A stretch of 55,228 nucleotides of DNA from Gaiellaceae bacterium (GTDB taxonomy: Bacteria > Actinomycetota > Thermoleophilia > Gaiellales > Gaiellaceae), in NCBI GenBank assembly GCA_039583515.1, contig JAVKST010000001.1, positions 1-55,228 on the forward strand. Direction: 5' to 3'. A model generated the notes under the pieces. That model saw nothing but the letters and a program-made list of their open reading frames with translations. It was not told the origin of the DNA and did not search any database. Both the position numbers and the translations under genes were made by a program. Shown piece by piece: positions 17,011-25,512 of this stretch; positions within the stretch are counted from its first letter, which is position 1, and the number at the start of each line of letters is the position of its first letter.

Positions 17011-18608
17011 GCCTGGTCGACGCCCGCGACGTCTTCTACCTCTACAGCGCGAGCTACGGCGAGGTCGCGGCACTCCGCGGGCTCTCGCTCGAGGTCGCCG
17101 AGGGCGAGACGGTTGCAGTGCTCGGCCCCAGCGGGGCCGGCAAGTCGACGCTGCTCGCTCTCTGCGCCGGGCTTATGCGTCCTTCGAGCGGGAGCATGTC
17201 GGTGCTCGGCCTCGAGCTCGAGAAGAGTTCGGTCGCCGCGCGAGACCGCCTCCGCGTCGAACAGATCGGGATCGTTCGTCAGCACTACCACGAGGTGCTC
17301 CCGCCCGAGCTGACGGCCAGCGAGATCGTGGCGCTGCCGTTGCAGCTCCGCGGTCGGCTCGGCACCGAGCAGCGCGGCCACGTCCGGCACCTGCTCGAGA
17401 CGGCCGGACTCGAACACCGGGCGAACGCGCGTCCGGGCGAGCTCTCGGGTGGCGAGCAACAGCGCGTCGCCGTCTGCGCCGCGCTCGCGAAGCGCCCAAG
17501 GCTGCTTCTCGCCGACGAGCCCACCGGAGAGCTGGATGCAGCCTCCTCCGCCCAGACGATCGAGCTTTTGCTCGGCCTCGCGGCCGAGACCGGCTCCACC
17601 TGCCTCATCGTCACCCACGACCCCAACATCGCACTCCGCACCCACCGCACGATCCACATCCGCGACGGGCGGCTGGCGGCCGAGGGCAGCGACAACCCGC
17701 TACTCGTCCTCGACCGGCAGGGCTGGCTGCGGCTCCCCGAACGGCTGCGCCGCCAGGCAGGCCTCGGCGACCGCGTCCGCGCCAGCGCCACCTGGGGCGA
17801 GGTGCGCCTTCGCGCCGAGCAGCTCCGGACGCGCGAGCTGGACGCCGAGCGGGCGGCGCGTCCCACCCCGGCGCAGAAGCGCGGCCAGGCGGAGGTGGCA
17901 CTCGACCGGGTCAGCAAGCGCTACCGCGAAAGCGAACGCGACCTCTTCGACCAACTCTCCTGGACCTTCGACGCCGAGCAGCTGCACGTTCTCGCAGGCC
18001 CCTCGGGCAGCGGCAAGACGACGCTGCTCAACCTGCTCGCAGCCCTCGACCGTCCCGACGGCGGCGCCGTCTGGGTTGCCGGTGAGCGCGTCGACGCTCT
18101 CGACCCCGCCGCCGCGGCCGCCTTCCGCCGCCGCTGCCTCGGCTACCTCAGCCAGCACACCACGCTCGTCGACCACCTCAGCGCCCGCGAAAACGTCGAG
18201 CTCGGCCTCCACCTGCGCGGCCTCCCGCCCGACCAGACCACCGACCGTGCCGCCACCTGGCTCGACTGGGTCGGGCTCGCCGCGCTCGCGGACCGCCGCG
18301 CCGACCAACTCTCCGGCGGCGAACAGCGCCGCGTCGCCCTAGCCCGCGCCATGGCGCCCGACCCGCGCGTTCTGCTCGCCGACGAGCCAACCGCACAACT
18401 CGACCGCTTCTCCGGCAGGCAGATGATCCGCCTCCTCCAGGAGGCCGCCCACGAACGCGGCACGACCGTCGTCGCCGCCAGCCACGACCCCGACCTCATC
18501 GGCGCCGCCGACGAGATCGTCGCCGTCGCCCCCGCCAGAGGGCAAGACGGGGTGGCAGCCGGCAAGGCGGAGGACGTCGGTCGGGAAGAGGTCAGCGGCG
18601 AGGAGTAG
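17007..18608 (+). CDS. ABC transporter ATP-binding protein with two fused MacB/LolD-type NBDs (533 aa)
   Basis: ATGA overlap with the permease stop. NBD1 has GPSGAGKST, LSGGEQQRV, LLLADEPTGELD and THD. NBD2 has GPSGSGKTT, LSGGEQRRV, VLLADEPTAQLD and SHD. A linker of about 65 aa separates them. Confidence 0.85.
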   Translation: MSLVDARDVFYLYSASYGEVAALRGLSLEVAEGETVAVLGPSGAGKSTLLALCAGLMRPSSGSMSVLGLELEKSSVAARDRLRVEQIGIVRQHYHEVLPPELTASEIVALPLQLRGRLGTEQRGHVRHLLETAGLEHRANARPGELSGGEQQRVAVCAALAKRPRLLLADEPTGELDAASSAQTIELLLGLAAETGSTCLIVTHDPNIALRTHRTIHIRDGRLAAEGSDNPLLVLDRQGWLRLPERLRRQAGLGDRVRASATWGEVRLRAEQLRTRELDAERAARPTPAQKRGQAEVALDRVSKRYRESERDLFDQLSWTFDAEQLHVLAGPSGSGKTTLLNLLAALDRPDGGAVWVAGERVDALDPAAAAAFRRRCLGYLSQHTTLVDHLSARENVELGLHLRGLPPDQTTDRAATWLDWVGLAALADRRADQLSGGEQRRVALARAMAPDPRVLLADEPTAQLDRFSGRQMIRLLQEAAHERGTTVVAASHDPDLIGAADEIVAVAPARGQDGVAAGKAEDVGREEVSGEE

Positions 18609-18887
18609 AACCCGCCGGGTCGTCCTGACGGCACGCGGGCGAGGATGCTGCGGACCGTCGAAGGCCACCCTCGGGTCCCGCCGTGCGCCGTGCGGGCCGG
18701 GTTGGGTTGGGGGTTGAGGTTACCCGCGAGGCGGAGGTTCTCGACCGCAGTCCGTGAGCCGACTACGGCGGAGGAATCCCCGGATCTTTCGGCACCCGTG
18801 TGCTTGGAGGTGCCGCTCGACATCCGAACCACGTCGCGACGGTCGCGGGCGAAGCCTTCGGTCTCAGCCGACGCTACGCTAGAAACG

Positions 18888-19113
18888 ATGAGCGAACCGC
18901 TACGCCTCACGATCGCCTACGAGCGGGGAGAGGACGATTGGATCGTCGCCTCGATTCCAGAACCCGGGCGCACACAGCCAGGGTAAGACCCGCGCCGAGG
19001 CACGTGAGAACGTAATTGACGCTTTGCGCGCGATCCTCGAGCTCCGCTTCGGCGACCATCCGAGTCCGGTACCGATCGACAACGAATCGCTCGAGCTCGT
19101 GATCGCTGGTTGA
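18888..19113 (+). pseudogene. hicB: HicB-family antitoxin, frameshifted
   Basis: MSEPLRLTIAYERGEDDWIVASIPEPG runs into TAA at 18984-18986. The canonical continuation PGAHSQGKTRAEARENVIDALRAILELRFGDHP...LVIAG* lies in another frame. The shift is at the CCCGGG at 18963-18968. Confidence 0.7.
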
Positions 19114-19306
19114 AGCGTCGCGAGCTTGGAGCGGCACTTGCGTGCTCACGGAGCGCGGCCGCTGCGAGAGGGGCGGCAACCACAGCGTCTGGGGCTTCGA
19201 CGCGGAGCGCTCGACGGCGATCCCGCGCCATCGCGAAATCGACTTCCGGCTCGTGCGGAAGATCTGCCAAGACCTGCAACTCCCGCCGCCACGCGGCTCG
19301 CGTTGA
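19110..19306 (+). pseudogene. hicA: HicA-family mRNA interferase toxin, two frameshifts
   Basis: TTGA overlap with the hicB stop. MKRREL (frame 0), ERHLRAHGARPLREG (frame +1) and GNHSVWGFDAERSTAIPRHREIDFRLVRKICQDLQLPPP (frame +2) join into a canonical HicA. The extra bases appear to be in a GG (19128-19129) and a GGGG run (19170-19173). Confidence 0.7.
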
Positions 19307-19394
19307 CGCAGCCCCTGCGGGAGCATCGGCGGTTCGACCACCGTGCAGTCGCACCTCGTGCGCGGTGGCGATTTACAGCGTCTTCTTCAACGAG

Positions 19395-19467
19395 TGGGCC
19401 CGCCTGGATTCGAACCAGGGACCTACGGATTATGAGTCCGCTGCTCTGACCGCTGAGCTACGGGCCC
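19395..19467 (-). tRNA. tRNA-Met (anticodon CAT; elongator type, or possibly a tRNA-Ile2 lysidine substrate)
   Basis: The minus-strand sequence GGGCCCGTAGCTCAGCGGTCAGAGCAGCGGACTCATAATCCGTAGGTCCCTGGTTCGAATCCAGGCGGGCCCA folds as a cloverleaf. It has a 7-bp acceptor, GCTC/GAGC D stem, CTCATAA anticodon loop and TTCGAAT T loop. CCA is not encoded. Confidence 0.9.
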
Positions 19468-20951
19468 GGATGCTCGAGTCCGAGCCTATCGCGCTGCGCG
19501 GCGCCGGCCGCCGCCGCCGTCGCGACGTCGGCCGGATACGTCCGCCGCGCCTTGAACAGCAGCCACGCGCTCGCGCCCAGCGGGACGAGCATGACGACGA
19601 ACGTCCACTGCAGCCCCGAGCGGCCGCCGCCGAACACGTTGTCGGAGACCGCGCCGAAGAGGAGCGGCGCGAGCGCCATCGCGACCGAGCGGAGCAACGT
19701 CCGCACCGACTCGGCCCGGCCCCAGAGCGCCGGCGGCATGATGTCGAGCTGCGCCGCCGCCAGGGCGGGGTTCTCGAGCGTGAGCAGCAGGACGGCCACG
19801 ACGAGGTAGGGCAGGGCCGTGAACGCGCTGCGCGTGAGCAGTGCGGGGACGAAGAGGATCGTCGTCCCGACGGCCCCGATCACGGCCGTGGTGACGCGGC
19901 CGCTCAGGCGGCCGCGGCGCAGCAGCATGTCGCCGAGCTGCCCGCCGGCGAGCACGCCGCCGATGGCACCGGCGCCCACGCCGAGCAGGAGGAGGTTCGC
20001 GAGCGGCTGGTCGATCCCGTACTGCTCCTTCGCGAACTCCGAGCCGAACGTCTGGATCCCGGCGAGGAAGTAGTACGCGCAGGCGCTCGCCGCGATCAGG
20101 AGGATGTTCGTGCGCACGCGAAGGACGTAGTGCGCCGCTTGCAGCAGTGACGTCCGTCGCAGGTCGCGGTCGGAGAGGAGCTCGCGGTGCGGGCGGATGC
20201 CGCGCTCCCGCGCGAGCCGCTGCGCGTCCGTCTCGCTGGTCTCTTCCGTCTCCTCCGGCAGCGGCTGCGTCTCGTGCGCGAGAACGCCCCGCCCGCCGCG
20301 GGCGGGCTCGCGCAGTCGCAGCACGAACCACGCGAGGGCGAAGGCGGGCAGCGCGAGGATGATGAACGCCGCGCGCCAGGAGAGGGCCGCGATGTCGCCG
20401 GTCACGGCGAAGCCGAAGCCGGCGCCGAGCAGCTCGCCCGCGAGGATGAAGCCGTAGACGCGGCCGCGCTCGGCGGCCGCGAACCAGTCGCCGACGAGCG
20501 AGGCGACGAGCGGCCCCGCGGCAGCCACGACCGCGCCGAGGAAGAGCCGTGCGACGAGCAGCTGGTGGAAGTTCGAGACGGACGCGCTCCAGAGCATCGC
20601 TCCGCCCCAGAGCACGATCGCGAGCCCGAGCGTCCTCGTCCGCCGCACCTTGTCGGCGAGGACGCCGAACGGGAGCGTCGCGACGGCGCCGACGAGGGCC
20701 GTGACCGTCACGAGCAGCCCGACGTCCGTGTTCGTGATGTGCAGGCCGTGGCGCAGCTCGGTCGCAGAGGCGCCGACCGTTGCCGCGTCCGCGCCCGAAA
20801 GGCCGAGCACGCACGCGAGCACGACGATCACGCGCGTCCGCTCCGCACCGCCGAGCAGGCGCGTGAGGCCGCGCGCGACGGCATTCGCGCCGGCGCCCGT
20901 CACGGCTGCGACGTCCGTGAGGATGCGCGCGCTGCGGCTCCCCTCCGTCAC
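19458..20951 (-). CDS. MFS transporter
   Basis: About 497 aa from GTG 20951 (start uncertain). Two six-helix bundles are separated by a charged loop (EPARGGRGVLAHETQPLPEETEETSETDAQRLARERG). MFS loop motif GVLADKVRRTR. The stop codon (19458-19460) lies inside the tRNA gene. Confidence 0.75.
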   Translation of the reverse strand: MTEGSRSARILTDVAAVTGAGANAVARGLTRLLGGAERTRVIVVLACVLGLSGADAATVGASATELRHGLHITNTDVGLLVTVTALVGAVATLPFGVLADKVRRTRTLGLAIVLWGGAMLWSASVSNFHQLLVARLFLGAVVAAAGPLVASLVGDWFAAAERGRVYGFILAGELLGAGFGFAVTGDIAALSWRAAFIILALPAFALAWFVLRLREPARGGRGVLAHETQPLPEETEETSETDAQRLARERGIRPHRELLSDRDLRRTSLLQAAHYVLRVRTNILLIAASACAYYFLAGIQTFGSEFAKEQYGIDQPLANLLLLGVGAGAIGGVLAGGQLGDMLLRRGRLSGRVTTAVIGAVGTTILFVPALLTRSAFTALPYLVVAVLLLTLENPALAAAQLDIMPPALWGRAESVRTLLRSVAMALAPLLFGAVSDNVFGGGRSGLQWTFVVMLVPLGASAWLLFKARRTYPADVATAAAAGAAQRDRLGLEHPGP

Positions 20952-20989
20952 GCATCCATCGTCGCAGGCGCCGCGGGGGCGCCGGAAGG

Positions 20990-21820
20990 TCAGACGTCCC
21001 GGCGGGCGAGCAGGACGGCGGCGATCGCGACCGCCGCGGCGCAGTAGGCGGCGAAGACGAGGCCGCCGGTAAGCGGCGTGAGCGTGTGAGACGCGTGCCG
21101 GAGCGCGAAGAGCTGGCGCCCCGCGTCGCTCGGCAGCCACTGGCTGATCGCGTTGTTCCAGCTCAGCGGGAGGATGTTCATCAGCGGCGGGATGACGAAG
21201 AAGATCCCCGAGAAGAGGGCGATCCCGCCGGCCGTGTTCCGGACGATCGCGCCGAGGGCGAGCGCGAAGATCCCGACCATCATCACGTACAGGGCGCCTC
21301 CGAGCACCGAGCGCGCGACCCCGGGATGCGTGAACGGGATCTGGAGGATGTCGTGGCGGGCGAGGATCGCCTGGCTCGCGAAGAAGCTCACGATCACCGC
21401 CGGCACCATCAGGACGACCGAGAGCAGGGAGTAGTCGATCAGCTTCGCCCACAGCACCGGAAGGCGCTTCGGCACCGCGGTCAGCGTCGAGCGGATGGAG
21501 CCAGTCGAGTACTCCGCCGTGATCACGAGCACCCCGAGCACCGCGATCGCGAGCTGGGCGACGTTGACCCCGGCGAGCGCGATGTCCAGCGGCGAGCGGC
21601 TCGCGCGGTCCTGGGGCGACATCTGGCCCCAGTGCGAGGAGGTCACGAACGCGAAGATCACGGGGAACGCGATCGTCAGCAGGATCCCGGTGACGAGCGA
21701 CCACCCGGTGGAGCGCACGGAGCGGAGCTTCGTCCACTCCGAGGCGAGCACGCGCGGGAAGGTGACGCGCCCCGTCTCCCCGAGGCGGGGGATACCGACG
21801 GCGGGCGCGACGGCGCTCAC
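20990..21820 (-). CDS. ABC-2 type transporter permease
   Basis: 276 aa, starting at a GTG in a GTGA overlap with the ATPase stop. VLASEWTKLRSVRSTGWSL... is typical of ABC-2 permeases. Six TM helices. Confidence 0.75.
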   Translation of the reverse strand: MSAVAPAVGIPRLGETGRVTFPRVLASEWTKLRSVRSTGWSLVTGILLTIAFPVIFAFVTSSHWGQMSPQDRASRSPLDIALAGVNVAQLAIAVLGVLVITAEYSTGSIRSTLTAVPKRLPVLWAKLIDYSLLSVVLMVPAVIVSFFASQAILARHDILQIPFTHPGVARSVLGGALYVMMVGIFALALGAIVRNTAGGIALFSGIFFVIPPLMNILPLSWNNAISQWLPSDAGRQLFALRHASHTLTPLTGGLVFAAYCAAAVAIAAVLLARRDV

Positions 21821-22743
21821 GCCGGGACCTCCTCCGGCTCGGCCTGATGACCGAACTCGACCTCGTCGCGCGTGAGGTCCATGAACGCGTCCTCGAGGGA
21901 CGCCTGCTGCGGCGTCAGCTCGTGTAGCGCGATGCCGGCGGCGGCGGCTGCCTGGCCGACCTGCTCCGCCGTCAGCCCGTGCACCTCGAGCGCGCCGCGC
22001 TCGATCGCCACGAACGTCACCTCGGGCGCCGACAGCGCCTCGCGCAGCCGGTCGAGCTCGGGCGAGCGGACGAGCACGACCTTCTGCGAGGCCCGCGCCA
22101 CGAAGTCGTCGACGCTCGTGTCGGCGATCAGCTTGCCGCGGCCGATCACGATCAGGTGGTCGGCCGTCAGCGCCATCTCGCTCATCAGGTGCGACGACAC
22201 GAAGACGGTGCGGCCTTCGGCGGCGAGCCCCTTGAGCAGGTTGCGGATCCAGTGGATGCCCTCCGGGTCGAGCCCGTTCACCGGCTCGTCGAGCATGACG
22301 GTCCTCGGGTCGCCGAGCAGCGCCGTCGCGATCCCGAGCCGCTGGCCCATGCCGAGCGAGAACTGTCCGGAGCGCTTGCGCGCGACCTCGTGCAGGCCGA
22401 CGAGGTCGATCAGCTCGTGGACGCGGCGCGTCGGGATCCCGTGCGTCTGCGCGAGCGCGAGCAGGTGGTTGTACGCCGAGCGGCCGGTATGGACGGAGCG
22501 CGCCTCGAGCAGCGCCCCCACCTCGTGGAGCGGCGAGGCGTGGTCGCGGTAGTGCTTCCCGTTCACGGTCACGTCGCCGCCGGTGGGCGCGTCGAGCCCG
22601 AGGATCAGGCGCATCGTCGTCGACTTCCCGGAGCCGTTCGGCCCGAGGAAGCCGGTGACCACGCCGGGTTCGACGGTGAAGCTCAGGCCGTCGACCGCCC
22701 GCTTCTCGCCGTAGTCCTTCGTGAGGTTCCGCGCCTCGATCAC
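21817..22743 (-). CDS. ABC transporter ATP-binding protein (ABC-2/DrrA-like)
   Basis: VIEARNLTKDYGEKRAVDGLSF, Walker A GPNGSGKST, signature FSLGMGQRLG, Walker B VMLDEPVNGLD, and SSH. The start is assigned to GTG 22743; the longer ORF to 23769 is read-through opposite dedA. Confidence 0.85.
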   Translation of the reverse strand: MIEARNLTKDYGEKRAVDGLSFTVEPGVVTGFLGPNGSGKSTTMRLILGLDAPTGGDVTVNGKHYRDHASPLHEVGALLEARSVHTGRSAYNHLLALAQTHGIPTRRVHELIDLVGLHEVARKRSGQFSLGMGQRLGIATALLGDPRTVMLDEPVNGLDPEGIHWIRNLLKGLAAEGRTVFVSSHLMSEMALTADHLIVIGRGKLIADTSVDDFVARASQKVVLVRSPELDRLREALSAPEVTFVAIERGALEVHGLTAEQVGQAAAAAGIALHELTPQQASLEDAFMDLTRDEVEFGHQAEPEEVPA

Positions 22744-22788
22744 GGGATTGAAGGTAGCCGCCCTCGGTGAGGGTGGTATGAGGATCGA

Positions 22789-23475
22789 ATGACCGTCGGC
22801 TTCTTCCTTTCCACGCACACCGTCGACGGCTGGCTGTCGACGTACGGCTACCTCGTCGTGTTCGTGCTCGTGATGGTCGAGAGCCTCGGCATCCCGGTGC
22901 CGGGGGAGACGGCGGTGATCGCGGCGTCTCTCTACGCCGGATCGACACACAAGCTCGAGATCTGGTGGGTGATCGCCGTGGCGGCGGCGGCGGCGATCAT
23001 CGGCGACAACATCGGCTTCGCGATCGGCCGCTACGGCGGCGCGAAGCTCCTGCTGCGCTTCGGCCCGAAGATCCACCTCGACGAGCGGCGGCTGAAGGTC
23101 GGGATCTGGGTCTTCCGCCGCCACGGCGGGAAGGTCGTCTTCTGGGGCCGCTTCGTCTCGATCCTGCGCACCTACGCCGCCTTCCTCGCCGGCACGAACC
23201 GGATGGAGTGGCTGCGCTTTCTCGCCTTCAACGCAGCAGGCGGGATCACGTGGGCGACGATCTACGGGATCGCGTACTACGAGTTCGGGTCCTCGCTCAA
23301 GAAGCTGAACACGACGATCGACATCGTGCTCGGCGCCGCGACGACGCTGATCCTCCTCGGCTTCGCGATCTGGACGAAGCGGAAGGAGGGCGAGCTCGAG
23401 GAGCGCGCCGACGCTGAGATCGAGGGCTCCGTCGAGGAGGAGCTCGGCGAGCGCAAGCCCGCCGGCCGCACGTAA
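22789..23475 (+). CDS. DedA-family membrane protein
   Basis: Motifs VFVLVMVESLGIPVPGETAVI, GDNIGFAIGRYGG and GRFVSILRTYAAFLAG are characteristic of DedA/SNARE-associated proteins. Confidence 0.85.
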   Translation: MTVGFFLSTHTVDGWLSTYGYLVVFVLVMVESLGIPVPGETAVIAASLYAGSTHKLEIWWVIAVAAAAAIIGDNIGFAIGRYGGAKLLLRFGPKIHLDERRLKVGIWVFRRHGGKVVFWGRFVSILRTYAAFLAGTNRMEWLRFLAFNAAGGITWATIYGIAYYEFGSSLKKLNTTIDIVLGAATTLILLGFAIWTKRKEGELEERADAEIEGSVEEELGERKPAGRT

Positions 23476-23484
23476 GCTGGCGGC

Positions 23485-24135
23485 ATGTTCCTCTTCCAGA
23501 AGAGCGTCCGGCAGGTGGCCGCGGAGGACGCGCTGCCGGGCCGCGACGAGCCGATGACCGTTCCCGAGCGGCACGAGGTGCTGGGAACACCGCTCCGGCC
23601 GCCGTTCCCGGAAGGGATGGAGCAGCTCGTCGTGGGCATGGGCTGCTTCTGGGGGGCCGAGCGCGTCTTCTGGCAGGCCGACGGCGTCTACTCGACCGCG
23701 GTCGGCTACGCCGGCGGCTACACGCCGAATCCGGCGTACGAGGAAGTCTGCACCGGCCGGACGGGCCACACCGAGGCCGTTCTCGTCGTCTTCGACCCGG
23801 CGGCGCTGCCGCTCGAGGGGGTCCTACGCCTGTTCTGGGAGAACCACGACCCGACGCAGGGGATGCGGCAGGGCAACGACGTCGGCACGCAGTACCGCTC
23901 GGCGGTGTACTGGGCGAACGATGCGCAGCGCGCGGCGGCCGAGGCGACCCGCGACGCCTTCCAGGCGGAGCTCGCGCGCGCCGGGTACGGCGACATCGCG
24001 ACCGAGCTCGCCGAGGCCGGGCCGTTCTACTACGCCGAGCCCTACCACCAGCAGTACCTCGCGAAGAACCCGAACGGGTACTGCGGCCTCGGCGGCACCG
24101 GCGTCAGCTGCCCCGTCGGGCTGAAGACGGCGTAG
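23485..24135 (+). CDS. msrA: peptide-methionine (S)-S-oxide reductase
   Basis: Active-site motif GMGCFWGAE, then [31 protein letters not shown] and [19 protein letters not shown]. Confidence 0.95.
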   Translation: MFLFQKSVRQVAAEDALPGRDEPMTVPERHEVLGTPLRPPFPEGMEQLVVGMGCFWGAERVFWQADGVYSTAVGYAGGYTPNPAYEEVCTGRTGHTEAVLVVFDPAALPLEGVLRLFWENHDPTQGMRQGNDVGTQYRSAVYWANDAQRAAAEATRDAFQAELARAGYGDIATELAEAGPFYYAEPYHQQYLAKNPNGYCGLGGTGVSCPVGLKTA

Positions 24136-24145
24136 GCCGGGCGGC

Positions 24146-24562
24146 GTGGCGGAGCCTCCCTATACGGGGCACTGCATGTGCGGCGGCGTGCGCTTCGAGG
24201 TGACGGAGGCGCCGCTCAGCGCCGGCTACTGCCACTGCACGCGCTGCCAGCGGCGGACGGGCACCGCCGCGTCCGCGCAGGCGAGGCTGGCGCCCGACTC
24301 GTTCCGCCTGCTGGCGGGCGAAGAGCTCGTCCGCGAGTACGCGGCCGGGGACGGCTGGCCGAAGTGCTTCTGCTCCGTCTGCGGCAGCGCCCTCTGGAGC
24401 AAGTATCCGGAGACGGGAGAGGTCGCGAGTGTTCGGCTCGGGCTGTTCGATCCCGGCCACGGCATCCGGCCGCAGTGGCACACCTACGTGGACTACGCGT
24501 GCGAGTGGGAGCCGCTCCCCGAGGACGGCCTGGAGCGTTACCCCGAAGGCAAGCCGCGGTAG
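24146..24562 (+). CDS. GFA-family (glutathione-dependent formaldehyde-activating / CENP-V-like) zinc protein
   Basis: Cys pattern GHCMCGGVRFEV...YCHCTRCQRRTG...FCSVCGSALW is typical of GFA domains. Confidence 0.75.
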   Translation: MAEPPYTGHCMCGGVRFEVTEAPLSAGYCHCTRCQRRTGTAASAQARLAPDSFRLLAGEELVREYAAGDGWPKCFCSVCGSALWSKYPETGEVASVRLGLFDPGHGIRPQWHTYVDYACEWEPLPEDGLERYPEGKPR

Positions 24563-24577
24563 ACCACGCGGCCGCGC

Positions 24578-25299
24578 CTACGGCGCGGTGACGGCCCAGG
24601 TGCCGGCGCTCGAGGTGGGCCCCGAGGCCGTCGCGGCCGCGTGCGGCACGGCGCCGTAGGCGGACGCGGCGTCGGCGCAGGCACCGGTCGTGTCGTCGAC
24701 GCAGCGCGACTTGACGTTCGCGGCGGCGCTCTCGTAGATGCAGAGGTATCCCGCGGCGGCTTGCGGGCTCGCGGCGGAGCCGGGGCAGTGCGCGTCCGGA
24801 GCGGTCCCCTTGCCGAGCCACTCGGCGGCGGCCGGCGGCGCGGCGAGCGGGAACGGGAAGGTGATCGCGCCACTGCCGTCGTCTCCCGCGTGTGCCGCGA
24901 CGAACTCGACCGAGTAGACGCCGGTCTCGGTCTTTCCGCTCGCGAGCGCGCCGGCCGAGGAGGCCGTCTGCGCAGAGGTCGCACTGGTCGCACTGGTCGC
25001 ACTGGTCGCGCTCGCGGCGCTCAGCGCCGTGACGGCGGTCGTCGCGTGCATCGCGGTGGCGACGGTGAGGCCCTTGGTGTTGATCTTCGGCGCCGTGACG
25101 GCGCCGGTCTTGAGCTTCGCCGTCGCGATCGAGGCGTCCTTGATCTTGACCCCGGTCACGGCGCCGTTCCGGAGCTGCGGGGTGCCGACGCTGTTCCTCG
25201 GCAGCTTGAGGGCGGCGTAACCGGTTCCGCCGAGCGCCACGAACAGCGCTAGGAGCGCGATGACGAGCGCCGGGCTCGGCGGCCTGAACCTCTTCCTCA
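24578..25299 (-). CDS. secreted/anchored hypothetical protein with short repeats
   Basis: ATG 25299 follows a strong RBS (GAGGAGGGGACA). N-terminal TM/signal [18 protein letters not shown]. Repeated [22 protein letters not shown] motifs, an (ATS)n tract, and a Cys-containing C-terminal domain. Confidence 0.65.
24972..25016. repeat. 9-bp microsatellite (GCACTGGTC, 3 perfect copies plus 2 degenerate) inside the secreted-protein gene
   Basis: gcagaggtc gcactggtc gcactggtc gcactggtc gcgctcgcg. On the minus strand it encodes [14 protein letters not shown]. Confidence 0.85.
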
Positions 25300-25316
25300 T
25301 TGTCCCCTCCTCGATC

Positions 25317-25496
25317 TCATGCCGCGACGACGCGGGCCTGCGCTCCCGTAGGCTCCTCGCCGAAGCGTGATAGAGCCGCCCTTGGCCGCGCGAGTTCGCG
25401 TGCCGCACCGGGTCGTCGCGGATGGTCGCGCTCAGCCACGCCCGGGGCTGCAACGAGACCCGCGGCGAGCACGGCACCGAGGAACGCCCCCTTCAT
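25317..25496 (-). CDS. candidate small secreted protein (59 aa), weakly supported
   Basis: [24 protein letters not shown]... has a signal-peptide-like N-terminus. It sits between the esterase stop and the repeat-protein start. The RBS is weak. Confidence 0.3.
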   Translation of the reverse strand: MKGAFLGAVLAAGLVAAPGVAERDHPRRPGAARELARPRAALSRFGEEPTGAQARVVAA

Positions 25497-25512
25497 GCGC
25501 CGCAGGGTAGCC

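Noticed and set aside
18645-18887. Upstream part of ORF 18645..18986 and minus-strand ORF 18143..18910 in the gene-poor stretch.
   Set aside because: No recognisable motifs, poor codon bias and no RBS. Only the hicB part from ATG 18888 is credible.
18609-19394. Looked for an att-type direct repeat of the tRNA-Met 3' end, and for integrase or transposase fragments that would delimit a genomic island.
   Set aside because: No convincing copy of the tRNA 3' segment (TGGGCCCGCCTGGATTCGAACC) and no recombinase-like ORF could be found by eye. The island-scar idea therefore stays an inference and is not annotated as a mobile element.
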